A stretch of DNA of 64,000 bases, taken from NCBI GenBank assembly GCA_951406725.2, contig OX597817.1:125240001-125304000 (forward strand). Direction: 5' to 3'. Source of the stretch: Octopus vulgaris (lineage: Eukaryota). The notes under the pieces were generated by a model. That model searched no databases. It was not told the origin of the DNA and saw only the letters and a program-made list of their open reading frames with translations. Of the stretch, positions 26,467-39,922 are shown one piece after another (positions within the stretch are counted from its first letter, which is position 1; every line of letters starts with the position of its first letter). The position numbers and the translations under genes were made by a program.

Positions 26467-26835
26467 TTCACTTGTTTCAGTCATCTGACCGCAACCATGC
26501 TGGAGCACCACCTTTAATCGAGCAACTCGACCCCGGGACTTATTCTTTTGTAAGCCCAGTACTTATTCTATCGGTCTCTTTTGCTGAACCGCTAAGTAAC
26601 GGGGACATAAACACACCAGCATCGGTTGTCAAGCAATGCTAGGGGGACAAACACAGACACACACACGCATATATATACCAAATCCACGCATATATATACC
26701 AAATCCACTCACAAGGCTTTGGTCGGCCTGAAGCTAAAGTAGAAGACACTTGCCCAAGGTGCCACACAGTGGGACTGAACCTGGAACCATGTGGTTGGTA
26801 ATCAAGCTACTTACCACACAGCCACTCCTGCGCCT
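26467..26835 (-). mobile_element. SINE family A with private internal deletion and duplication
   Basis: Contains two tandem copies of GCATATATATACCAAATCCAC. Confidence 0.9.
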
Positions 26836-26926
26836 ATATACATATATATATACATATATATATATATATACACATATATACACACACACACATATATATG
26901 TATAATGGTATGTATATATAGAGAGG

Positions 26927-26984
<58 letters not shown>

Positions 26985-27445
26985 CAAACAGTATTTGCAG
27001 CAAGTATTCCAAGTGGGTAGCCATTAAGTAACATGGTACATAAAGTTACCATGTGCTTTATCATGCATTTGCATCTGAAAATCCAGGAAAGACTAAAGGG
27101 AAGTGTGTAATAGTCAATCAGATTCAGTTTAGTAACTGAAAGGGAATTATGAAACAGCTTACAAACATACAGAATTAAATCCATATCTCACTCCTTCTGG
27201 ATTTTAATTTATAATATCTAACCATCTGTCTATGTGTATGTATGTGAGCATATATATATATATATATATACATATGTATATATATAAATACACACATATA
27301 TATATATACACATGCATGCACACACACATACATATATATATATATATGCATACACACATATATAGGTACATATATACGCATACATACTCATACATATACA
27401 CACATATATGTATTTGCACATGTATATACAGACTCATATATATAT
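26836..27445. repeat. (TA)n, (GA)n and (CA/TA)n microsatellites
   Basis: Arrays at 26836-26980 and 27230-27445. Confidence 0.9.
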
Positions 27446-29067
27446 TCAAACACAGACTCAACAATCACAAGTCCTCTTTTAAAATACAGGAGATACATGA
27501 CATCACAATGTCGGTAAGTTACATGGCTACAGAAAGTAAATGCTGTACAGCATATAATCAACTGACAATGGTTATAAAACATGAAGACATTACTGCAACA
27601 CCAGTAGTAGGTACAGATTTGGGTTAGCAGAGAAAATGATTATACTGAAAATTTTGCTCTCCCAAAAGGCCTTCTTGAACTCTAAAAGTAAAATTTTTCT
27701 CCTTGTTCTCATGATTGGAAATGTATTTTAGCCAACTGATTAGTTCCATCTTAATAGTAAGGACTGTCTCTTGCCTATTTCAAGTACTCCAACCCAGCAT
27801 TTTTACACACTCATACATGGCCATGTATATTTTAAAAACACCCTCCCCATCTCACTTTCACTCTCTTTCACTCTTTCTATTATCACTACACTACCCTTCT
27901 GTCCATACCACTCCCCAGACGAAAATGCAAAAAATTAGGATGGACATTTGCCAATAAAATGCTGCCATGCAGAACAGTGACTAGAGGGGCCAAATAAAAT
28001 TATATAATTCTGATGGGTTTAAAGGCCAGCTTTGTTCTTTCATGGTGTTTTTCTCTTCTTGGGCTTTGTACTGGTCTTTATACATTTCTAGGATATATAA
28101 GCTTCTTTTCCTGACTACTTCTTGTGTAAAGGGATTGAAGACTTTCTCTTCCAGTGCTCTGGTTCAATAACTTCCTACAGGTAAATTTTGAACCTGAAAC
28201 ATGTAATAAATTTGACTCTACCAAAATTAAAACTATTGAGTCTACATCAATAATTTTTTTGTCATATAAAGCTCTACCTCTTAGTAAACCTATCATTAAT
28301 GCATGTATGTGTGTGTGTCTGTCCGTGTATGTGGAGAGAGAAGAAGCCCACAATTGTATATAGCTCACACAAAATAATACAATAAAATAAATCTACGCTA
28401 TGTTACAATAGAAGTACATTCATATTTGAAACTAAGGAAGAAAATCAATAGTAAGCATTCATTTCATCACATTCTTCACAACGGAAATATTTTTTTCAAG
28501 GCAACATGAAAACTGATTCAGACAAAAGAACTTAAAATGTATAAGTAAACTGCAAGAAATTCCTTAATCTTCAGATATAAAATATGTATAATGAAATGTA
28601 ATTTTACTTTACAAAACTACATCACTTAAAATTTACTTATCTTAATTAAGAGAAAATATTTCTTATATCTTTTAGGTTCTTTACTTCACCTTAAAACAAT
28701 GTATGATTTTAAAAACTATGCCATACGAAATTTTCTAATGATGTTATTCTCTATAATGTAATTGTTAACTCTTTTTCTTTCTTTTCAATCAGAGGTAGAA
28801 GGAGACGGCCTACAAGTATTGGGATGCTTCAAAACTGTGAATGAATAGAAGGGTTAAAGAAACCATCCCTCCTGGGTCGTGGAAAGGACTAGCTGGAATA
28901 TATCAATCCACAAACCTGGTCTGAATGTTTTTAACAGAATGAACTCTAAAAGCATGTAAAAACCAAGTTATTTCAGTAAACCAGATAATGTATTAGGTTT
29001 ACCTGCAAATACAGTCTTCTGCATGCAGTTTCTTAAATAATTCTTTCAACCCAATTTCTCTTCCAAA

Positions 29068-29382
29068 GCTATTTAGATCTTGTCAAGTAGAAGAAACATT
29101 TCCAAGATTACTGTGCTGAGGATGGAACCAGTTATGTAGTTAATTATTTTTGACCTGAATCATCTTTTAACAACATGATCCAAAATTGCTCAAATTCAGA
29201 GTGAACTTGTAATAGATAACCTGCTATTTAGATCTTGTCAAGTAGAAGAAACATTTCCAAGATTACTGTGCTGAGGATGGAACCAGTTATGTAGTTAATT
29301 ATTTTTGACCCATATCATCTTTTAACAACATGATCCAAAATTGCTCAAATTCAGAGTGAACTTGTAATAGATAACCTGCTAT
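29068..29382. repeat. 155-bp tandem duplication
   Basis: Unit GCTATTTAGATCTTGTCAAG...GATAACCT starts at 29068 and 29223. The copies differ only at GACC-TGA-ATC versus GACC-CAT-ATC. Confidence 0.95.
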
Positions 29383-29776
29383 GTGCCTCGAGAAATCATT
29401 ATTTAGTTGATTCTCTCATACACATTCCTAAAATTTCTTGTGTAAAATTCTAAATTAATTACTGAAATCAGAAACTGTTCATTAAAATAGAGAAGCAGTG
29501 ATAATAAAATAAAACAAGCAAAAAAAAAAAATTAAATTCTTCACTGAGTGTATTGCTTTTAAACCCCACACCACTTCAGTGATACCAACTTAGTGATCTG
29601 ATCATCAACATCATTTTACATGTCTCAACATGTGATGTTCATTGAAGAATTTTACATTTTATCCTTACTGGATAAATGTATGATACACTTACTATTTCTT
29701 TATTTTACCTTAGTAGTTAAACTCTTCTGTTTATTATTTAATTGACTTAACTATCCCTGTATGAAATTACATGTAG

Positions 29777-30058
29777 CTTGTTTCAGTCATCTGACCGCAA
29801 CCATGCTGGAGCACCACCTTTAATCGAGCAACTCGACCCCGGGACTTATTCTTTTGTAAGCCCAGTACTTATTCTATCGGTCTCTTTTGCTGAACCGCTA
29901 AGTAACGGGGACATAAACACACCAGCATCGGTTGTCAAGCAATGCTAGGGGGACAAACACAGACACACACACGCATATATATACCAAATCCACGCATATA
30001 TATACCAAATCCACTCACAAGGCTTTGGTCGGCCCGAAGCTAAAGTAGAAGACACTTC
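29777..30058 (-). mobile_element. SINE family A internal segment, near-identical to 26471-26750
   Basis: Shares the private duplication; lacks both head and tail. Confidence 0.9.
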
Positions 30059-31955
30059 CCCCTATTTTAGTAATTCGTTTTATCTTCACTATGTATCAAC
30101 TAATATTTGCTAATGTTCATTCATATTGATAACCATTCAGCTGCTAGATAAAATTATAAGATATGGAATTAATTGGTACATTGATTCAAATATAATTACA
30201 TCTATATTAAATGAATACCACACCAGGTTTTGACAAAGCATACTCCAACTATTTGTTAACAAAACTACCTACACACTATATTATAGTGTATATAGGTGAT
30301 TAGTTTTTGAAAACCCCTAATGCAATTCTCAGGCAGAATTATTTTAACATTGTATGGATAAAGATGGCTCTTTAAATTACAGTTTTACTCTTTACTCTAT
30401 CTAAGAGGTTTCCACATCATTTCTGCTCATACACTTTCTCTCACCATTCCAGAATTGATCCAAGGCTATAGTAATAGACACGTGTCAAGCTAATATCCAG
30501 TGTGATTTAGACTGGTATCTTGTGAATGTGAAGCAAATTTCTTAATGTGACCAATTCTGTAACTGCCTGCATTTAAAACCCATAGAATTCAACAAGGGAA
30601 ACTCTACATCATCATCCATTTGTTGGAGATAGCAGCTAAAACATATGCTATCATCTTTAAAAGAAAAAAGACATATTAGGTAGTTTAATACAGAGTACAC
30701 CAACCCTGTAAAAAAACATCATCGAGTGGTTATGGTTGGAATGTCTTTGATCATAAATCTGCTCAAACAGAAATGATCTGTACACACATGGCTTTTAGTG
30801 AGGTATTACTTCAGATCAACACCTTTCTTTAATGGAATGAAAATTTCCCTTAAACAATAACACTAATTAATGACTTCCATCCACCTAGTTAATGCATAAA
30901 AGAATGAACTGCTGTGAAATCTTCAACCAAACGATAATGTAGTAATGCAGGAAGCCAATTATGATATGTCAAACTGTGTACCCCAACGTGGCATACATCA
31001 TTCCTCTATGAAGTTAGCTGGATTAAAGAATGGTTGACATTAATTTGATTAGGTTTTCACAAAGAGGTGGAAATTGAATGTAATCATTTTCAAATTTCCA
31101 ACAATGAAAATCAAATTGTGATTGTTATGTACATTATGAGAAAGATATGAAAATTTCAAAAGGAGTTATAAGCTGCTTCTACTTCCATAATAGTTGATAA
31201 TCCCCCTTTTTTTTTTTGATTAACATTCTAGAAAACCATAGTAATGTTTTAACAAAAGTTCGTTTTGCTTATTTTTGTTTTATTATCATTTAGGATGAAA
31301 AGAGGAAATGTATTGAATGAAACCTAACTGATATAATTTTCTTCTAATGTTTCAAAATATATAATAATTAATTAAATAGTATTAAATTATAAAGAAAGAT
31401 TATGAATAAATTACATAAACTTGTAAATATTCTAAATATTATTAAAGAGTTCATTTGATTTTGAAAGAAGCTGAAAACTTCATGTTATAAGTAGCCAAGA
31501 AACTGATCAAGAAGTTTGAGGACTTTCTGTGTAATTCATGAAGAGAATAAAAATTTCATTGATGTCATTATAGAAGCATTATCAGTATCTCTCATAATAA
31601 TAGTAGTCGTTAGTATATCAAATATTTCTTTTACAGTGCCTGCACAGCCTTGTTGTATCTTCTACTACATCGACATGTCAATATGTGCATAATATTGTCA
31701 AGAACAGTGACAATGTCACACATAACAAAGGGAAAATTTTGTTTGGTTGATTGTTCCTCCAAACAGCAAATAGATGTGTGAGAGAGGAGGGAGGAGTAGA
31801 GGGAAAGATATAATGGGAAATAAGAGAGAGAAAGTGATAGACAAATAAGAGGGTCAGAGAGAAGGTAGGGAAAAGAAATTAGCTATAAATCAACTAGAGC
31901 AAATACATGAAATGAAGCAAACCTACATGCATCAAGTAATGTGGTACGATAAACG

Positions 31956-32247
31956 ATAAATGTTACCCTTTTCAAGCCTAGCCAGGCTCATGGGCCTGGT
32001 TTCCCGGTTTCTGTGGCGCATGTTTTCCCCCCAGCTGGACGGGACACCAGTCCATTGCAGCATTACTCAAGAAACAGGAAGAGAGAGTGGGAGAAAGTTG
32101 TGGTGAAAGAGTACAACAGGGGTCGCCACCATCCCCTGCTGGAGCATTGTGGAGCTTTTAGGTGTTTTCGCTCAATAAAACACAACGCCCGGTCTGGGAA
32201 TTGAAACCACAAGTCCGCTGCCCTAACCACTGGGCCATTGCGCCTCC
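31956..32247 (-). mobile_element. SINE with family C head and V-domain-like tail
   Basis: Matches the 13382 copy up to TTCCTGTTTCT, then continues GCAATGGACTGGTGTCCCGTCCAG...GAAACCAGGCCCATGAGCC. Confidence 0.8.
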
Positions 32248-32772
32248 TATGTGGTACACCCAGATGAAATACAGATGATATTGATTTTTTTACATTGGCA
32301 TATGATTGAAAATATAGCTGGTTACCATCAACCCCAACTGTTACTTATTTTACTAACATGAAGGTTAAAAAGCAAAATTATATTAAAAGTTTGAATTCTG
32401 AATGTCAAGGTATGTACTGATTATTAAAAGTATTGGAAATTATTTAACCCAGTAATCTGGAAAACGATAAGGAATATCCCTGCTAAGACTAAATACAGCA
32501 ACAAGATGACTAAATGCTGCAATAATGTCTTGCAGAATTTAGTCATATTTCTTTATATTCTGATTTCAACTACAGCCAAAGTTGTGTTAGCTTTGTCCAG
32601 TTTTATGGTTTATAAAATAAATGCATAGCTAATAAGATCTGGGCCTGAATGCTATAAACGGAGTGCATGCATGTGTGCTCAACAATTTTAATTCCTAATT
32701 CTGTGGTTCTAACCTTGGATGTGGTTGATAAAAACTGTGTTAGTTACATTGGTATAATATCCTTTCCTAAAC

Positions 32773-32809
<37 letters not shown>

Positions 32810-32811
<2 letters not shown>

Positions 32812-33134
32812 GATGTACTTGCATAGCAAGTGACCTGATCTGAGATCGTGTGCTGAAACCAAGCAATTGCATTTTGGAAGGTGTTTTTAAGCCATTTAAA
32901 AGCACACAAAAACGTTAGATTCACTTCAACATTTAAATCTAATTTGCCAAAATATTTTCGTCGCTTTGAGACCATGAGCTGATCACTGACAAATTTTGTC
33001 AGTGATCAGGTCGCGGTCTGGTCGCGGTCTCAAAGCAACGAAAATATTTTGGCAAATTAAATTTAAAAGTTGAAGGGAATCTAATAGTTTTTGTGTTTTT
33101 AAATGGCTTACAAACACCTTCCACACTGCAATTG
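32810..33134. mobile_element. fold-back element between (TA)n runs, probably a PLE terminal-repeat derivative
   Basis: Inverted arms 32864-33134 centred on CTGACAAATTTTGTCAG, with an unpaired extension on the left. Confidence 0.6.
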
Positions 33135-33678
33135 TTTATATATATATATATATGCACACCCACACATGCACACGTGCGCAAGCACACACACACACAAGTA
33201 CCATACTATGTAAAAGGGAATTAATGTATATCAACATATACCTTTACTCATTGAAGTGAATGCATGCTTGTGAATATCTATTTATGTGTATATAAATGTG
33301 GGTGCTTGCATGTGTGCATGTATGCATGTGTATTCCAAATTGAAGGCCAGAATTTTGCATCTTGGTCACTGAAACTTTGCTGGGTGTGGTGGAAGGGATC
33401 TTATTCTAAAAAGAAGAACATCACTTATATGGCTTTCAAGTCTTATATTGATATGTTTATATTTGTAGCCATTTTTATTAAACTCATATTAAACCATCTT
33501 CTAAACTGCTTAAATCTATGTTTCCTGAATGAATAAAGATTATCAGCAACTTTTTCAAGCATTTTATCCAAACTATAGAAAATTAATGTATTTGTATTTA
33601 TATTAGTTGACACATACAAGTGCTGAATACTGCTAGTAATTTATGTTTTTCTATCTATAAATAAATAAAGAACTATAT

Positions 33679-34205
33679 ATACAGGGTGTAATAGGTAAAT
33701 CGAGACAAATTTCAAATGGGTATATTTCTAATTGTATAGATTTTGTTAGAGTTTAAATTTTAAATATTACCAGCTTGAATAATAACATGTCCTATTTTGT
33801 ATTTCAGAAGGAAGAAACTATGAATGATAAAGAATTAAACCATGGAAGTGTAATTGTTGATTTATTTCATGCCAGCAAAAGTGCTGGGGAGATTGTTAGA
33901 GCCAGAAAGTATGCCAAATCTACTGTTTTAAGAGCTGTAGCCAGTTTGAAGAAAAGTCATGATGTTCAGAGAAAGCCCCACAGTCCTCGTAGTAACTAAA
34001 AATGCACACTTCGCTTCTTAACAGGACTTGAAAGATCGATTGAGTTGAACCCATCAAAATCGATGGCTCAAGAACGAGGAATCAGTTAAATGATCATTTC
34101 TAGGGCTTGTAAAATAAGACCTCCATATGAAATCGTACGTGAGGAGACACTGTAACATCGTAACTACCACTCCAAAACCATTCGAGAAGTCCCAAACTTC
34201 TTAGT
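33679..34205 (+). mobile_element. Tc1/mariner superfamily (maT/DD37D-like) 5' fragment
   Basis: TA-CAGGGTG start. HTH-like frame IVDLFHASKSAGEIVRARKYAKSTVLRAV...IELNPSKSMAQERGIS...DLHMKSYVRR with stops. Confidence 0.6.
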
Positions 34206-34229
34206 CATCTGACAAAAAAAAAAATATAG

Positions 34230-35195
34230 ATTAGAATGGCACATACTCGCAAAAACAACTTCTAACAACTCTACCAATAGATGATGCGATCTCTGTTTAA
34301 CCAAACGCCTAAAAATTCTAAACAGCTAAACCGCCTCTTCTTAATAGAAAATATGAGAACAGTATTTTTTGTCTACATATAAGCTTCTTTGTCTTTTCCA
34401 GGTATTGGTAAACCCGCTTGACCCAGTACAAATCCTATGCTAGCTTCTTCATCTAAATAATCCCATTTAGCCGGGAACCAGCTAAACTACTTACACGCAA
34501 ATATTCACCTTCCAACCCCCACTCACTTTACACAACACATAATAAATTATTTTACACCTACACACGGTTTCCTCTATTTCTACGAACTTCCTACAACTTT
34601 AAGTCCCAAAGACACTTAAATACCTTACTCACTCCGGACTGAGTAATCCGGATAGAGTTAGCACCCTTTGCCTTATGAGTTAGAGTTATTCCTTTTCTTT
34701 ACCACGCCGGTGAAAAGTCTAGCCAAAATAAACGTGAAAAATAAGCGCTTACTTAAACTTGGGACTACAGATCAAAATAACCTCCACCCTATATCCACTT
34801 CGCAGCAGAATTATCAACTAAGAAATCTACTATATTGTAAGACTCCCCATTCTTTGTCTTTATTCTTGTTACGAATGTATCCCTATGTCTTTCACTCTTC
34901 TTACCTCTACATATGACTCTGCATTCTGATGATGTCTACCGCTATAACTGGTAAACAGAAACGATCGTTAATGTACTATTACTACCACTTTTCTTTATTA
35001 ATTAAATTAACAGCTTACGAGCGCAAACTACCAACTTCTTCCTGTTATTTTCCTCCATTTTCTTCTTGCTTATAATTTAAACTACAGTTTACCCGGTGAA
35101 TTACCTGCTACCTTATACAAGGACTGTACTTACGCAGCTAATCACCAGGAGCGCCTTTGGATTTAACCATCCTTAGAGGTTTTAAAAACCTCTAA

Positions 35196-35197
<2 letters not shown>
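34230..35197 (+). mobile_element. Penelope-like element 3' end and terminal repeat
   Basis: WHILAKTTSNNSTNR*CDLCLTKRLKILN (PLE C-terminal CxLC motif), a downstream HHR, and an end at (CA)n(TA)n. Confidence 0.6.
34920..34975 (+). ncRNA. type I minimal hammerhead ribozyme
   Basis: Stem I TGCATT/AATGTA; CTGATGA; stem II TGTCTACC/GGTAAACA; GAAA; palindromic stem III ACGATCGT; cleavage triplet GTT. Confidence 0.7.
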
Positions 35198-35241
<44 letters not shown>

Positions 35242-36265
35242 CTAGCATTAAAGACCCGTCGTTGCCGGGTCATAGTGCTAGTGCATATATATGTGTATAT
35301 ATATGTGTACATATTACATGTACATCTACATATATACATCTACACATAAAATGCAAAATACAAAGTTATATCTTGATATCGCTAGTGATAACAATACTCA
35401 AAATATATAACAGACTGGAATTGTTAGCCCGTCTCTTGTAATTTCGATCAATTGTATCTTGTCTTCCCTCTTGTTTAGAAGTGTGGCTACAATCCAGCCT
35501 ACCTCTACTTGGGGGGGGGGGGGATTTAAAATTCTTTTCCAGGACGTCCTACGTCCCAGATATAAAGGTAAAAATAAAATATTTCCACTTTGCAAGTTCG
35601 AGTCGAGTACTCCCTTGCACGCTCCGTTGACTCGAACCTTGCTTCTATTGTGGCGAATTTACCGCCTCTGATTAGATATCTTTCATAGTCGCACCAAGAC
35701 ACTTTTCGAAGGCGCTTTCCTCTAGGTGTTCAAATCTTTTTTCTCTACATTGTATACTTTATAGACAATAGTCTTTTCTTTAATTTAATTTTTTATTATC
35801 CATCTGGACTATTCCATTTCTGCACGCTAATTTTATTTTTAATTTATTCCCATTCATGTGAAACCACTAATTCAAGTTCAAGTCATTGATGCAATTTTAT
35901 ACCAATTGCTATTTTTACTTTTGTTATGTTACGATTATATTATACTTTAGTTTGATTTTAATTATTACTTACTACACATAATTCAATTGTTATTATTATT
36001 TTTATTGTTAAAGTGAAAGTATCTGACATAAAATAGAGAAATATTTTTGTTTCACTTTTAACACGTAATACTGAAATAGTGGAGAAGATATGATATTGCT
36101 ATGGGCTCGCTCTAGGCAAGAAGTTGAACATTTGTTTTTGCCCATGAAACTACATGGACCCTAAGTACGGCATGTGTAAAATTTGAATGAAATTGGTTGT
36201 GTAATTCCCAAGTTTTAGGGAAACACACAGACAGACACACATTCTCAGTTTTATATATATAAAGA
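35242..36265 (-). mobile_element. non-autonomous Helitron (Lep1-like architecture)
   Basis: Minus strand starts A|TC-TTTATATATATAAAACTGAGAATGTGTGTCTGTCTG and ends with hairpin ACCCGGCAACGACGGGT followed by CTAG|T. Confidence 0.7.
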
Positions 36266-36527
36266 TACATGCATACATATATATATTTATGTATGTATAT
36301 ATATATATGTATATCTATCTATCTATATATATATATATTATTTGACTGCCAAATTACATAAGTAAAATGTTTGGTTTTACTTTTGATAAATGCAATGTTT
36401 GAAAATCTCATCCCTTGAGTCTGTTATGTACCATTACGGTCATATAATACATATACATACATATGTATAAGTGTCTGTGTATGTATGCATGTATGTGTAC
36501 AGCAGTGTATTGGAAAGAAAACACAAG

Positions 36528-38659
36528 TACTGGTTGACATTCTAAAATCCAACAATCTTCAGACCTGAGGAGTGCCTGATTTTCAAAACTGCCAAATTTT
36601 TTATGTTTATATATGCTGGATATATTTAACAGAAAATTGCTACCTGTACAGTGCTTTAAAGAAAGAAAATTAAGCACTAAATGAAAATCAAATGACATTT
36701 TAATGTTCACTAACTAAATAAAATAGTTTTACAGAATTTTAATTCAACTAAATAAAATAGATCCTCAGAATTTTAATTTAAAAGAAACTGATAGTGTTGA
36801 TAGCACATCTGGTTGACTTGAATTTGAGGGCAGTGGATTATAAGTTGTGGACATTACTGCTGCTTCTTTCTACTCCCTAGCTATTTTCTTGAATATATCA
36901 GGCGATGTCTATTACTTCATATACATGGGTCTTTCTCTAATAAGTTTATCTTACAGCAAGTAAACATTCATGATTTCTTGTTCATTTACAAAACTTAGTC
37001 CAGCCAACGTAATTTACCTCTTACATCTCCCTCATTTTCATCGCTACTTGTACAGGCATTTCTCTCCAGACTTTTAACTATATCTACAATTTCAGAATCA
37101 GTGTAATGATGAACTGTAGGCACATTATCATCAACATCCATCCATTCTGTTAAAACATCTTCATTTATCTTTGATGAAAGCTTCTTGGCATCAGGATTAG
37201 TTACATCTTTAACACACACAATAAGTTCCTGTATAAGCTGCTTTACTTTGGAAACCCTAAACCCTCCAAAACTATTTTCAGTATCATTGTTAGAATAAGA
37301 AGTAGACATTAAACTGGGTCACAATTTATGCCATCTATTTTTCAGTGTTGATGTTTTCACAGACTTCTATGCATTGGCAGCACAGTACACTACATCCTTA
37401 ATGTTGAATTCTTTTATGAACTTCTGTACTAGGGTGCCTGAATTAACTGAACTCACTAGGCTCTTCATTGACAGGGATCGATACTTGCACTTCCTTGCAG
37501 CAAATCTGTTATCAACATTGTCCTGTAATTGAATTACTGATGTGCAGTTGAGTGGGAGGTAGACAACAAAACCATTATCTTTCACTAGAAGATTGGCGTT
37601 TGGATGTGCTGATCAATTGTCTAAAATAAGAAGTGTCTTGCATTTAGGGTCTAGTCCAACTGAGTTACAGTGAGCCCTAGCCTCAGGGACAAAACATTTT
37701 TTAAACCAATTCAATGTAATATCAGGGGTAACTCACCCCTTCCTGTTGGCACAGTAATGGACAGGAAACTGTGTCATTCCCTTGAAAGCCCTCAGATGTA
37801 AACTTTTCCTGATAACAAGCAACTTACATCTTTGGGTACCTGCAGCATTAGAGCAGTATATTACCATGACTCTATTGGTTGTCAGAGTTCTTTTTGGTGT
37901 ACATCTCCAAAACAAGGCAGTCTCATCAGTATTGTACACTTGTTCAGGACTTAAATGTTCATCATTAACCAACTTTGCAAATTCATCCACATTTGAACAA
38001 GCCACATTCTTGCTGCTGAATGTTTTTCACCAGACACTGCACAAAACTGTAAGTCATGTCATGACTTGAAATGATGCAGCCAGCCTTCTGAATATTCACA
38101 CTTGTGTTGCAATCCTAGTTTTTCATCAAACACTTTGGCTTGTTCCTTTAATAAATCACCAGAAATGTTCACACCTCTACTTACACAAAGATTAAACTAG
38201 GTTATGAGAACTTGGTCCAGTTTCAAACTTCTACCCTCCATCATTGACTTCCTTACAAACATATGCTTTTTTGATCAACTGTTAGAAAAGAACTTTAACA
38301 GTTTTTCTTTCTGCTTTTTAATATCATACACTGTTGACGAGCCAATGTCATATGTTTCACAAATGGTTTACACAGACACGCTGCTATGAAGATTTTTTTA
38401 GCATTTCCACTTTCTCTGCAATTGACGACGCGTGATTTTCATGTTTTATGTCACCTCTTTTCTTTGCTGAATCCACAATGGGGCTATACAGCAGCAAATA
38501 AATGATAAAATGAGAAGGAATAAGCATCAAAACATAAATGGTGCCTCCAGAAAACAGTGGCGTACCAACTCTGTAAATTTGAAAATGTGCTCCAAAATCT
38601 ATGCTGGAAATCTGAAGGAACCAGATTTTCAATGGTCAGATTTTCGAATGTCAGCTGTA
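36528..38659 (-). mobile_element. Tigger/pogo-family DNA transposon, near full length, decayed
   Basis: TIRs TACTGGTTGACATTCTAAAATCC / reverse complement TACAGCTGACATTCGAAAATCT with TA ends. CENP-B/jerky-like frames SIAEKVEMLKK, LSPEQVYNTDETALFWRCTP, CSNAAGT..KLLVI, VVYLPLNCTSVIQ. Many stops and frameshifts. Confidence 0.88.
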
Positions 38660-39799
38660 CCACTTTTCAAATAAAATACTTTGCATTATTTGTTCTGCAC
38701 TGTCTTACACACACATCCCTCTTTCTCTCATCATTAATATATCAGTTAATAAGAGTTTCACTAATTGAAAATCTGTTATCAACAATACTATTGTCCTCCA
38801 ATTGCAATATAAAGCAACTACAATAACTGTTTAATATTTCTAGATTTGTGGTCTTGTGCATATATAAGAAATGACTATTAATAAACATTAAATATAAATT
38901 TACTAAAAAGTATAAGTACAACTAGTACACTGCAAGATATGGAAAACTAAAATAGCAATCCATTAAAATGAAGAAAACAATGGAGGTAAATATGTTTAAG
39001 AATTTCAAAAGACTTCTTTTTTAATAAAAAAAGCAGTTAGTTTCAGGAAACCCTGTTGCATTTAGAATTCCCCTTTGAATTTTATGATGAAAGAATCCTA
39101 AAGGAAATAGCTTTCTAAGATATGATCATCACCCTTACATGTTACATAAGATATTTAGGTATCTTGTAACACATTCTTCAATAACCCAAAATATGTCAAC
39201 AGAGAGCAATACACTTAGAACTATCAGATATACTTTTTTAATAATAAGCGATATCTTAGTAAGAAAATTTAAAAGAAAAATTATCATGAACCTATTCCCC
39301 CTCCTTTTTCTGAAAAGAGAAAACATTAGTTATTCTATATAAAACTGATATTTCAATAGAATATTGGTTATTTATTTATTATTTTGGCCTCTATCTTCAA
39401 GAATATTGGCTTTTTATGGAAAAAGTTGTTTGATGCTACAAAATTTCATACAGCATTTGTTTACATCGAAAATTGCTGTCAAGTATTAAAAACAAAATTC
39501 AAGAGGAGATATTTGAAAATAATATACAACAGACAAAATTTAGTTACCACAACTACGAAATATCCAGAAGCTATAATCATTACTGCAATGAACTTCTTAA
39601 ATATAATCACAATAATTGATTCAAACATATTTTTCACAAAAATTTTGAAAATGAACAGTTATATGTTCAAATGAAATGATTTTCCTTTATATATTTTTCA
39701 TAATTTTTGTGTAATTTTACAAATTGATACATTAATGCTGCACATACATAGACACATACATGTATGTGTGTGTGCGTGTGTGTGTTTGTATACACGTTC

Positions 39800-39922
39800 T
39801 TCTTTTATTCTTTTCTTTTACTTGTTTCAATCATTTGACTGCAGCCATACTGGAACACTGCCTTGAAGGGTTTTAGTTAAAGAAATCTACCCCAGGACAT
39901 ATTTTTTAAGCCTAGTACTTAT
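39800..39922 (-). mobile_element. SINE family A tail fragment
   Basis: CTTGTTTCAATCATTTGACTGCAGCCATACTGGAACACTGCC. Confidence 0.7.

Noticed and set aside
34275-34300. In-frame TGA next to CDLC as selenocysteine (known in some Naiad PLEs)
   Set aside because: The TGA sits at the basic position before the Cys pair, best explained by CGA-to-TGA decay. No SECIS was recognised and the frame has other stops.
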